Of a stretch of 64,000 nt of DNA, positions 1-8,366 are shown piece by piece (the first letter of the stretch is position 1; each line of letters begins with the position of its first letter). Under the pieces are notes generated by a model. It saw nothing but the letters and a program-made list of their open reading frames with translations, had not been told where the DNA came from and did no database searches. A program made the translations under genes and the position numbers. Where the stretch lies: assembly GCA_030765505.1 (NCBI GenBank), contig JAVCCL010000043.1, positions 69,686 to 133,685 on the forward strand, in the 5' to 3' direction. Origin of the DNA: Candidatus Kaelpia imicola. Its GTDB lineage: Bacteria; Omnitrophota; Gorgyraeia; Kaelpiales; Kaelpiaceae.

Positions 1-49
1 TAGCAGCAGCTTCGGCTATTACCGGCAAGATAACCAAGCCTAGCAGCTT

Positions 50-931
50 GTGAGAATATTTTTAACATCTGCTCTTTTATTTTTTACTATAGGCTGCAGG
101 TCTCTTTTTCAAAATGACTATCTATTTAAGATTCAGCAAGAAGAGTTTTTTTTACAAGGTTCTGTTTTAGTTAAAGGATGGGGCATTGCAGATAGTTGTT
201 TTAAAAATATATCCTTTGAGATTCCGGGCAAGCCTTACAAAGCTTTTCTTTATTATGCAGGTAGAAACAGTGGCCATCTAGAGGATAAATCTTTATATAT
301 TGAAGGTAAGATAGTATCCGGCAGATTAATATATGCTGAGAATGTAAACAAGGATCCTGCATATAATAGATATGTGCATACTCTGCGTTACGATGTTACA
401 TCTTTTGTGAAAAGAGGAGAGAATAATTTAGAGATTTGGGGTTTTGAATCATTTATAAATGAAGGTCTTGGTATAGTTATACTTTATGAAGACAGCAACG
501 AGAGCTTTAAAAGAGTTGTTCTTAAATCAGGTCTTGGTTTTTTCTGGTCCGGACTTGAAGGTGAAGAGAGAGATGACTCCCCAATAGTTGAGTTTAAAGT
601 TAAGTCTGGAGAGACACCTAAAGAGGTGCGTGCATTTATGTTTTTTGCAGGAGGTTCAGATTCTCCCAGAGACGAGAGGGTCTGGTTCAGGAGGTCTTCA
701 GTTAAGCTGAATTCTAGTATTATTGCTAACTCAGAACTGTTATTTGAAAATCAGATAGCTTCATATAGTGGAAGAGAGTGGGATAGCTTGGATTTTAAGC
801 TGCCTCTTAAAGAAGAAGATAAATTTGTATATTTTCAAATTGAATCTCTGGATTTTACTGCCTCTGAACATAACGGAGACAGTTTGAATTTTATTCTTTT
901 AGGGTTAGAGATTCCGCTTGCAAAGGAATAA
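50..931 (+). CDS. Hypothetical secreted lipoprotein; GTG start
   Basis: N-terminus MRIFLTSALLFFTIGC has a signal-peptide-like hydrophobic core and a lipobox-like TIGC. No family recognised. Confidence 0.45.
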   Translation: MRIFLTSALLFFTIGCRSLFQNDYLFKIQQEEFFLQGSVLVKGWGIADSCFKNISFEIPGKPYKAFLYYAGRNSGHLEDKSLYIEGKIVSGRLIYAENVNKDPAYNRYVHTLRYDVTSFVKRGENNLEIWGFESFINEGLGIVILYEDSNESFKRVVLKSGLGFFWSGLEGEERDDSPIVEFKVKSGETPKEVRAFMFFAGGSDSPRDERVWFRRSSVKLNSSIIANSELLFENQIASYSGREWDSLDFKLPLKEEDKFVYFQIESLDFTASEHNGDSLNFILLGLEIPLAKE

Positions 932-1055
932 AATCTAAGATAGCATTTAACTAGTAGGGGCAGCTGGTAGTATTTTATTTTGTAGTGTAAATAGAAGTGT
1001 TTGTTGATATAATGAATTTAGCTCATTAAAATTATGTTTCAAAGAGTTAATAATT

Positions 1056-1131
1056 GGAGACCCGGTATCCCTGCCACAACCCCACGCCCGTGGCCAAGCC
1101 CCCTCCTCCACCCCCTAAATGCCGGGTCTCC
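1056..1131 (+). other. GC/C-rich palindromic element: 10-bp perfect inverted repeat enclosing a 56-nt C-rich loop
   Basis: ggagacccgg (1056-1065) pairs with ccgggtctcc (1122-1131). The loop contains an inner gccac/gtggc hairpin and a ccccctcctccaccccc run. A T-rich tract follows at 1132-1147. The element stands out in an AT-rich intergenic region. Confidence 0.4.
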
Positions 1132-1261
1132 TTTATAGTTTTTTTGTGGACATAAATATAGGTGTGATATAAAGTTAAAAAAGCTCTTTTAAAATATAGT
1201 TCAACGGTGTAAGGGAAGTTGGTGTGCCTCATATTTTGGCAAATCCAACACAGCCCCGCTG

Positions 1262-1380
1262 CTGTAGCTCAGCCCTGCATAGCAGGGAACTTTTTTAGCA
1301 AGTTTGAAGCCACTGCCTGTATAATGTAGGTGGGAAGGCGGCTAAAAGAGCTGAGGAGTCAGAAAACCTGACTGTTGAAG
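1262..1380 (+). promoter_or_regulatory. Cobalamin (AdoCbl) riboswitch aptamer in the btuB leader
   Basis: Conserved riboswitch elements appear in the canonical order: AGCAGGGAA (~1281), GCCACUGCC (1309-1317), GGUGGGAAGGC (1329-1339) and a B12-box-like GAGUCAGAAAACCUGACUG (1357-1375). It lies directly upstream of a TonB-dependent receptor/ABC importer operon. Confidence 0.75.
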
Positions 1381-1446
1381 ATAAGTTATAGTTCTCTCGC
1401 GGTGAGGAGAACGGCTATCGTACCATTGGGTTTATAAATCGAGGGT

Positions 1447-1486
1447 GAGCCCTGTTATCTTTTTAGGTAGCAGGGCTTTTTTTATT
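1447..1486 (+). terminator. Intrinsic terminator hairpin; likely the riboswitch expression platform
   Basis: gagccctg (1447-1454) pairs with cagggct (1471-1477), followed by a ttttttt run, about 35 nt before the btuB-like start. Confidence 0.6.
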
Positions 1487-1521
1487 TTAAACCAGTTTTT
1501 CAAATTAAAAGGAGTAGAGAG

Positions 1522-3522
1522 ATGAGGAGAGTATTAATAGTTTTGGGTTTAGTCTGTCTGTTTTCTATAGTAGTTTTAGAGAATGGAATTTCGGAAGTTG
1601 TTAGTTTAAATCCGATAGTTGTCTCATATTATGATCAGCTAAAAGGTGTCTCAGGTTATGATATACCTTCAAATATCCAGGTCTATTCTAAGGATGAGAT
1701 TGAAGAATCTGGTGCGGTATCGTTACTTGATTTTTTAAAGAAAATTCCAACAGTTAATGTTTCTGATTATTATGGTACAGGTATAAAGGCAAGCGTGGAT
1801 TTGATGGGGTATGGCGATAATGCCTCTTCAAATATACTGGTGCTTGTTAATGGAAGACGTGTTAATGATATAGATTTAAGTGGTGTTGATTGGACTCAGA
1901 TACCTTTAGAGAACATAGAGAGTGTTGAGATTATGAAAGGCGGAGGCGTTGTTCTCTATGGAGATAATGCAACAGGTGGTGTGATTAGCATAGTCACAAA
2001 AAAACCCAAGAGTAAAGATTTGAAGGTTAATTTAAGTACTAAGTTTGGAAGTTATTCTTTGGATAATGAAGTTATTGAGATAGAGAAGGCTGGTGAGGGA
2101 TGCTCTTTTTACATTAATTCCAGTCATTACGGAACCAATGGTTACAGAGAGAACAGCTTTTATTCTTCAGATAGTATTTATGCTAATTTTGATTTTAACC
2201 CTTTTAATGATTTAGAGCTTTCTCTTGAATCCGGTTACCAGAATTATAACTACGGTTTGCCGGGTTCACTTCTTACAACTGATTTGGAGGGAAGCTATTC
2301 ACGTCGTGATACCAAAAATCCTGACGATACTGTACGAATGGAAGATTGCTATGTGAATTCTAAAATTAATTACAAAATACAAGAAGATATCAAAGCTTCA
2401 ATAAGTGCTTATCTGAGAGATAAAAACGGAAGAGATGATATGGTAAGTTATAGCTCTGTAACAGATAAGCATATTCAACAGGAAGGGGCTAAGGCTCAAT
2501 TCTTTATAGATAAGGATATATACGGGTTAGAAAACAGCCTTATACTAGGAGTAGAGTTTTTCCAGGCTGATTATTCAGCAAACTCTATTGGCTTATGGAC
2601 AGGGGTTACATGTACTGATATTGACAGAAGATCGTTTACGGTCTTTATACAGAATCAGTTTAATTTAACAGATAAGCTCTCTGCTCTTTTAGGTGCCAGA
2701 CATCAGAAAGATAGATTTACTTTTGATTATATTCCATCATCAGGGAGCATTTTTGATGACAGTTTAAATCTCAACGAAGAAGGGTATGAAGCAGGGCTTA
2801 ATTATAAATGGAGTAATGAAACAAATGTTTTTCTACATTTTGCACGAGCTTTTAGAGTCCCTAAGACGGATGAGTATTTTTCAACTTGGCCATCTGCTTC
2901 CATTACAACTTCTCTTATACCGCAGCGCTCTAAAACGTATACTTTAGGTGCTAATTCTAAAATGAATGAAAAAATTACATTAAATACAGATTTATTTTTA
3001 AGTAATGTTGATAACGAGCTTTATTGTAACGATTTATCTACTGAGGATAATTTAAACGACAACTATCCTAAAATCGAAAGACTGGGTTTTAATATTTTAA
3101 CTACTATCTGTTTGACTCCAGATTTAAGCATGGATTTTGGATACCGCTACATAGATGCAGAATTTAAAAAAGGAGATCATAAAGGTAGGAAAGTTCCATT
3201 TGTTCCGGAGAATCTTTTTAGTTATGTTTTAAGATATGACTTTAAGGAACTATTCTCTGTTTATTTTGATCTTAATTATAGAGATAAGGTTTATAGAATA
3301 AACGATTTAAACAATGCAGTTTCAAAACTGGATTCTTACTGGGTTGCTAATTTGAAATTAGATTATAAATGTAAAAACAATCTCTTAGTTTATTTCGGTA
3401 TCAACAATTTATTTAATGAAAGATACTCAGAATATGGAAGCTATGGTAATTCATCGGGGAATATGGCCTTATATCCATCTCCTGGAAGAAACTATTATGC
3501 TGGGGCGAAATACTCATTTTAA
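1522..3522 (+). CDS. btuB: TonB-dependent outer-membrane receptor (BtuB-like vitamin B12 receptor)
   Basis: Signal peptide and plug-domain motifs (VNGRRVNDIDL, VEIMKGGG, YGDNATGGVISIVTK). C-terminus ends ...AKYSF with an aromatic residue typical of beta-barrel proteins. Lies downstream of a B12 riboswitch. Confidence 0.85.
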   Translation: MRRVLIVLGLVCLFSIVVLENGISEVVSLNPIVVSYYDQLKGVSGYDIPSNIQVYSKDEIEESGAVSLLDFLKKIPTVNVSDYYGTGIKASVDLMGYGDNASSNILVLVNGRRVNDIDLSGVDWTQIPLENIESVEIMKGGGVVLYGDNATGGVISIVTKKPKSKDLKVNLSTKFGSYSLDNEVIEIEKAGEGCSFYINSSHYGTNGYRENSFYSSDSIYANFDFNPFNDLELSLESGYQNYNYGLPGSLLTTDLEGSYSRRDTKNPDDTVRMEDCYVNSKINYKIQEDIKASISAYLRDKNGRDDMVSYSSVTDKHIQQEGAKAQFFIDKDIYGLENSLILGVEFFQADYSANSIGLWTGVTCTDIDRRSFTVFIQNQFNLTDKLSALLGARHQKDRFTFDYIPSSGSIFDDSLNLNEEGYEAGLNYKWSNETNVFLHFARAFRVPKTDEYFSTWPSASITTSLIPQRSKTYTLGANSKMNEKITLNTDLFLSNVDNELYCNDLSTEDNLNDNYPKIERLGFNILTTICLTPDLSMDFGYRYIDAEFKKGDHKGRKVPFVPENLFSYVLRYDFKELFSVYFDLNYRDKVYRINDLNNAVSKLDSYWVANLKLDYKCKNNLLVYFGINNLFNERYSEYGSYGNSSGNMALYPSPGRNYYAGAKYSF

Positions 3523-3557
3523 TATATAGAGCTTATCTTCTATGTTAAAATAATGCA

Positions 3558-4379
3558 ATGTTGGTTCGCATATTAATAATTCTAATAATAGGTTTTTTTC
3601 TATCCAATGCCCATGCATTAAGAATTATCTCTTTAAGCCCCTATCTTACCGAGTCTATTCTATTACTTGACGGCGGGGACTCTCTGGTTGGTATTACAAC
3701 GATATCTAAGAAGCTATTTGGTATTGATAAAGAAGTAGTAGGGGATACTTTAAATATCAATATAGAGAAAGTTGTCTCGCTTAAGCCCGATATCATTTTA
3801 GCAACTCCCATGAATAAGATTGAGAGGGTAGAAAGAATCAAGGGGTTAGGTTTTAGAGTTGAGTATTTTGAGATCGAAAAGAGTTTTGAAGATTGTTGTA
3901 ATAATTTCATGAAACTTGCAGAGATGATTAACAAAGTTGAAAAAGCAAAGATTATGATAGCTGAATCAAAAGAGAGGTTGGGGCTGATAGCCCGGAAGTT
4001 AAAATCAGGGAGTATAAAGAATATTTTTATAGAGGTTGGCTGCAGACCTCTTATTACTGCAGGTAGAAATTGCTATCTAAATGATTTAGCTCAATATTCA
4101 GGAGCTTATAACGTAGCTAGTGATATAGGGAGTAGTTTTTTTAGGATAACCAGAGAGAGGGTGCTAGAACTAGACCCTGAATATATCCTGATTCTTTCTG
4201 AGGATTATTTGGCGAGTTCTAAAGCATGGGGAGAGTACGATTTTTTGATTGCAGTTAAAAATAAGAATTTAATTAAAGTAAATAAGAACGTCTTTTCAAG
4301 GCCTAATCCTGTAAACTTTGTTCAAGCTGTTTATATGTTGAGCTCTAAAATAAATCCAGAAATATTAAATGAAGATTAA
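3558..4379 (+). CDS. btuF: ABC transporter periplasmic substrate-binding protein (BtuF/FhuD family)
   Basis: Signal peptide followed by RIISLSPYLTESILLLDGGDSLVGIT, typical of PF01497 periplasmic binding proteins. Sits in operon with a FecCD permease and an ATPase. Confidence 0.75.
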   Translation: MLVRILIILIIGFFLSNAHALRIISLSPYLTESILLLDGGDSLVGITTISKKLFGIDKEVVGDTLNINIEKVVSLKPDIILATPMNKIERVERIKGLGFRVEYFEIEKSFEDCCNNFMKLAEMINKVEKAKIMIAESKERLGLIARKLKSGSIKNIFIEVGCRPLITAGRNCYLNDLAQYSGAYNVASDIGSSFFRITRERVLELDPEYILILSEDYLASSKAWGEYDFLIAVKNKNLIKVNKNVFSRPNPVNFVQAVYMLSSKINPEILNED

Positions 4380-5355
4380 GATTTTAATAATTGTAATCCT
4401 ACTTTTAACTATAGTTGTATTTTCTTTAAAATCAGGTGAAGTCGAAGTCTCTTGGCAGAAGATATTTAAAATTATAACTGTTGATTATGGTTCAGGAGTC
4501 GAGAGTTCTATTGTGAGAGATATCCGTTTACCCAGAATTCTAATTGCTCTTATAGTTGGAGCTGGTCTTGCGGTAAGCGGAGCGGTGTTTCAATCTATTT
4601 TAAGAAACCCTTTGGCCGAGCCTTATACCCTTGGTATCTCAGGCGGTGCTTGTTTTGGTGTTGCTCTGGCAAGCCTACTGCTTGGTTTTAGATTTTCTTT
4701 TTTGATTCCTTGTGCCGGCTGGTTGGGAGCGTTAGCTGCTGTCTTTATTGTCTATCTTCTTTCGCTAAGGCGTAATTTTACGACTATAAGCCTTATCTTA
4801 TCGGGTATTGTAATCAATTTTTTATTCTCATCTTTAGTGCTTGTCCTATTTGCATTTATTGAGCCTAACAGGGTTCAATCCATGATACTCTGGTTGATGG
4901 GGGATCTTTCGTCTTCTAATTTCAATTTAGTAAAAATAGGATGCTCTATTATCCTGCCGGCAATATTGATTATTATTCTTCTCTCTCGCAGGCTCGATAT
5001 TTTAAGTTTAGGCGATGAGAAAGCGTACTCTTTAGGTCTCAATGTCAAAAGAGAGAAGCAATACTTTTATATTTTAGCCTCTCTTATTACCGGTACGGCT
5101 ATAGTCTTATCAGGAGTAGTTGGTTTTGTAGGACTTCTTATTCCACATCTGATGAGAAGGTTCTTTGGGACTTTAAACAGGGGGGTATTGATATCTTCTG
5201 CTTTGTCTGGAGCGGCTTTTCTGCTTTTGGCTGATACATTTGCCCGGGTTGTAATATCACCTCTGGAACTGCCTGTAGGTGTTATAACCGGACTTGTCGG
5301 GGGAGTATTCTTTCTTATGGTTCTCATTTTAGGTAAGGAGTTTAAGATTGGATAG
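4369..5355 (+). CDS. btuC: ABC transporter permease, FecCD/BtuC family
   Basis: Multi-TM protein with RLPRILIALIVGAGLAVSGAVFQSILRNPLAEPYTLGISGGA, the characteristic FecCD signature. Confidence 0.85.
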   Translation: MKIKILIIVILLLTIVVFSLKSGEVEVSWQKIFKIITVDYGSGVESSIVRDIRLPRILIALIVGAGLAVSGAVFQSILRNPLAEPYTLGISGGACFGVALASLLLGFRFSFLIPCAGWLGALAAVFIVYLLSLRRNFTTISLILSGIVINFLFSSLVLVLFAFIEPNRVQSMILWLMGDLSSSNFNLVKIGCSIILPAILIIILLSRRLDILSLGDEKAYSLGLNVKREKQYFYILASLITGTAIVLSGVVGFVGLLIPHLMRRFFGTLNRGVLISSALSGAAFLLLADTFARVVISPLELPVGVITGLVGGVFFLMVLILGKEFKIG

Positions 5356-6133
5356 TATCTTAGAGTTAAAAAATGTCTCTTCTGGTTATAAAGATAAGAT
5401 AGTTATAAAGGATATCAATTTTAAAGTTAAGAGAGGCGAGTTCATAGGTTTAATTGGGCCTAATGGTGCAGGCAAGACTACTCTTTTCAAGACTCTTATG
5501 GGTATATTAAGGCCTGATAGAGGAGAGATTCTGTATGGAGAGATGGCTATAATAGATATACCTCTTAAGGAGAGAGCGAGAAGAATAGCGTTTCTGCCTC
5601 AGATATTTGAAACCAGGTTCTCATATACAGTGGAGGAGTTTATAGCGATGGGGAGGTTTCCTCATCAGGATGGGCTTAGTACCTATTCTAAGGAAGATTT
5701 AGAGAGGGTTAAAGATGTCATTGGGAGATTCTCGTTGACCGATATAAGAGACCGCAGGATAGATGAGTTATCAGGCGGCGAACTTCAAAGGGTATTATTT
5801 GCTCAGAGTATTGCCCAGGATCCGGAGTTGCTGCTTTTGGATGAACCCACGACTCATCTTGATATTGGACATCAGCTTGAGATTATGAACAGTCTAAGCG
5901 ATCTTAATCAAGAGGGGCTTACTGTAATTGCAATATTGCATGATTTAAATATCTCTGCAGAGTTTTGCGATAGGCTTATTCTTATGGATAAAGGTAGAGT
6001 GGCGAGAGACGGAGAACCCTCTTTTGTTATGGACTATAATATAATAGAAGAGGTCTACAATGCTCGAGTTGTGATAAGAGAGAATCCTTATTCCGGGAAA
6101 CCATTTTTGATATTGTATCGAAATAGAGCATAG
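5348..6133 (+). CDS. btuD: ABC transporter ATP-binding protein (BtuD/FepC-like)
   Basis: Walker A GPNGAGKTT, ABC signature LSGGELQRV, and Walker B LLLLDEPT. Confidence 0.85.
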   Translation: MDSILELKNVSSGYKDKIVIKDINFKVKRGEFIGLIGPNGAGKTTLFKTLMGILRPDRGEILYGEMAIIDIPLKERARRIAFLPQIFETRFSYTVEEFIAMGRFPHQDGLSTYSKEDLERVKDVIGRFSLTDIRDRRIDELSGGELQRVLFAQSIAQDPELLLLDEPTTHLDIGHQLEIMNSLSDLNQEGLTVIAILHDLNISAEFCDRLILMDKGRVARDGEPSFVMDYNIIEEVYNARVVIRENPYSGKPFLILYRNRA

Positions 6134-6165
6134 GGTAAGATGTTTTTTTATTATAAAGGAGGCAG

Positions 6166-7284
6166 TTGATGAAAGCAGTTGTTAGCGGTGGATGTGGTTT
6201 TATAGGTTCTCATTTGGTGGATACTCTTCTTAATGAAGAGTACGAGGTCCTTGTCTATGATAATTTAGAAGAGCAAGTTCATCAAGGCAAGAAGCCTCCC
6301 TATCTAAATAAGGGTGCTGAATATATATATGGAGATATTAGAGACTATGATTCTTTTAAGAATGTTCTCATGGATTGTGACTATCTTTTCCATTTTGCTT
6401 CTATGGTAGGGGTGGGGCAGTCTCAATATCAGATTAGAAAGTATATGGAAGTCAACGATCTTGGGATAGCAAATCTTTGGGATATTTTAGTAAATAGTAA
6501 AAATAGAGTTAAGAAGGTTATAGTTAGCGCTTCGATGTCGAGTTACGGAGAGGGGCTCTATAACTGCGACAGCTGCGGCAAGGTGAAGCCCTCTTTAAGA
6601 GAAGAATCTCAGCTTAAAGATAAAGATTGGCGGCTGCACTGTCCTAACTGTTCATCTATTTTAACCCCTATAACTACGACAGAAGATACTCCTCTTGTTC
6701 CTAATTCTATCTATGCCTTAGGCAAGAAAGTTCAGGAAGAGATCTCTCTTATGATGGGTAAGACTTATGGCATACCAGTTACCTCTCTCAGGTTCTTTAA
6801 TGTCTATGGTTCCAGACAATCGTTATCCAATCCTTATACAGGTGTCTGTGCTATCTTTATGTCCCGAATTAAAAATAATAAATCTCCTTTTGTTTTTGAG
6901 GATGGTAAACAGAGCAGAGATTTTATATCGGTTAAGGATGTAGTAAGAGCGGTTATCGGAGCGATTAAGAAGAGCGAGTCAGATTATAAGATTTGCAACC
7001 TTGGCAATGGAAAACCTTATACTATAGAATCTGTTGCGCTTGAGCTTGCTAAATTGTTTGACAAAGATATAACACCTCATATATCCGGTGGTTACAGAAA
7101 GGGTGATGTAAGGCATTGTTATGCAAGTATTGAGAATGCTAAGGAGTATCTTGGTTGGGAGCCTGAGATTGATCTTGCGGCTGGACTAGGAGAGTTGATT
7201 GAGTGGGCTAAAAATGAACCTGCTTTCGATAGATTCGATAAAGCATTTGATGAGCTTATAGAGAAAAATTTAATCAAAGAGTGA
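6166..7284 (+). CDS. NAD-dependent epimerase/dehydratase (extended SDR) with an inserted Cys4 zinc-ribbon
   Basis: Rossmann motif GGCGFIGSHL and catalytic YALGK. A CDSCGK...CPNCSS insertion lies between the N-terminal NAD-binding domain and the catalytic YALGK region. Confidence 0.8.
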   Translation: MMKAVVSGGCGFIGSHLVDTLLNEEYEVLVYDNLEEQVHQGKKPPYLNKGAEYIYGDIRDYDSFKNVLMDCDYLFHFASMVGVGQSQYQIRKYMEVNDLGIANLWDILVNSKNRVKKVIVSASMSSYGEGLYNCDSCGKVKPSLREESQLKDKDWRLHCPNCSSILTPITTTEDTPLVPNSIYALGKKVQEEISLMMGKTYGIPVTSLRFFNVYGSRQSLSNPYTGVCAIFMSRIKNNKSPFVFEDGKQSRDFISVKDVVRAVIGAIKKSESDYKICNLGNGKPYTIESVALELAKLFDKDITPHISGGYRKGDVRHCYASIENAKEYLGWEPEIDLAAGLGELIEWAKNEPAFDRFDKAFDELIEKNLIKE

Positions 7285-7295
7285 TTTACAAGAAA

Positions 7296-7635
7296 ATGCA
7301 GAGGGTCTTGGTGACCGGTGGTGCCGGTTTTATCGGGTCTAGTTTCGTCCGTCTTTTAATTTTTAAAGGATATTGTGTACCTGTTCTAGGTAATTTGAGT
7401 TATGCTGAGCGTAAGAAGAATCTGGAAGAGAAATGTTGAGCTAGTTAAAATGATCTTAAAAAAGACGAATAAAACTGTTAATTTTATTAAATATATTAAA
7501 GATAGAGTTGATTATAATTTTAGGTATGCTATGGACAGTTCTAGGCTCTTAAGCCTTAGCTGGAGAAGCAATTTTAGTTTAAGTAGAGGTTTAGATAATA
7601 CAATAGATTGGTATCGTAAAAATGAAAAGTGGTGA
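7296..7635 (+). pseudogene. rfbB: Remnant of dTDP-glucose 4,6-dehydratase (rfbB): N-terminal ~47 codons plus C-terminal ~55 codons in a different frame, middle deleted
   Basis: 7296-7439 encodes MQRVLVTGGAGFIGSSFVRLL...NLSYAERKKNLEE and then a stop. 7402-7635 encodes ...DRVDYNFRYAMDSSRLLSLSWRS...LDNTIDWYRKNEKW, which matches the RfbB C-terminus. The catalytic core is absent. Confidence 0.6.
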
Positions 7636-8281
7636 CAGAGAGCTGTTTAATATCAAACTTATAATGTTCGATCTCGATGGTACTCTCTTGGATGCTTATA
7701 TTGCAATCGAGAAAGCCCTGAATGTAGTAAGAGCAGGCTATGATTTAGGGTTTGTATCTTATGCTGAGATTAAAAGGGCCGTAGGTAGAGGAGATAAGAG
7801 TCTTATAGAGGATTATTTTCCAGATGATATTGCTATAGAGGCTTTAAATTCTTATCGCCAGGTGCATAGAGATACGCTCCTTAAAGATGCAAAACTTTTG
7901 CCTTATGCAGAGGATATATTGAGTTATCTTAAAGAGAGAGATTATCTCCTGGCTCTTGGAACCAATAGACCAGCTCTATTTGCCAGGCTTATAATAGGGC
8001 ATTTTGGTATTGATAGGTTCTTTGATTATGTAATCTGCGGGGATGAGATAGGCGTTTTTAAACCGGAACCGGAGATGATTTTAGAGACTATGATGAAGTT
8101 TAATTTAAATCCTGAAGAAGTTATATATATAGGTGATATGGCTATTGATATTGAGACCGCAAATAACGCTGGAGTAAGATCGATTGCCCTTACAACAGGT
8201 TCTAGCAGCAGAGAAGAGTTAATTACCGGTAATCCTTTTGCGATTGTAAGCGGTTTAGATCGACTCAAAGACTTTTTTTAA
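7622..8281 (+). CDS. HAD-superfamily hydrolase (phosphoglycolate phosphatase-like)
   Basis: HAD motif I IMFDLDGTLLD, with later GTNRP and YIGDMAIDIETANNAG motifs. Confidence 0.75.
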   Translation: MKSGDRELFNIKLIMFDLDGTLLDAYIAIEKALNVVRAGYDLGFVSYAEIKRAVGRGDKSLIEDYFPDDIAIEALNSYRQVHRDTLLKDAKLLPYAEDILSYLKERDYLLALGTNRPALFARLIIGHFGIDRFFDYVICGDEIGVFKPEPEMILETMMKFNLNPEEVIYIGDMAIDIETANNAGVRSIALTTGSSSREELITGNPFAIVSGLDRLKDFF

Positions 8282-8298
8282 ATCTTTAATATTATTCC

Positions 8299-8327
8299 TT
8301 GACAGAGCCTGTTTTGTATTGTAATAT
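8299..8327 (+). promoter_or_regulatory. sigma70-type promoter TTGACA-N17-TAATAT for the hrcA operon
   Basis: TTGACA at 8299-8304, a 17-nt spacer, then TAATAT at 8322-8327. It overlaps the CIRCE operator. Confidence 0.65.
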
Positions 8328-8354
8328 TTAGCACTCAATCTCAAAGAGTGCTAA
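8328..8354 (+). promoter_or_regulatory. CIRCE operator (HrcA binding site): perfect TTAGCACTC-N9-GAGTGCTAA
   Basis: Exact consensus inverted repeat located 13 nt upstream of the hrcA start. Confidence 0.9.
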
Positions 8355-8366
8355 AGAGGTAAAAAT

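Noticed and set aside
1047-1232. 61-aa minus-strand ORF with a GGGGGG run
   Set aside because: It is produced by the G-rich reverse complement of the C-rich palindromic element and has no RBS or coding signal, so it is almost certainly spurious.
3641-3934. Antisense small ORFs inside coding genes (e.g. 3641-3934, 5067-5327, 8026-8268, 10418-10606, 11246-11434, 30779-31361, 36317-36805, 50528-50827, 53609-54761, 56399-56806)
   Set aside because: Each lies wholly within and antisense to a confidently identified protein-coding gene and has no motifs or RBS. These are typical six-frame noise.
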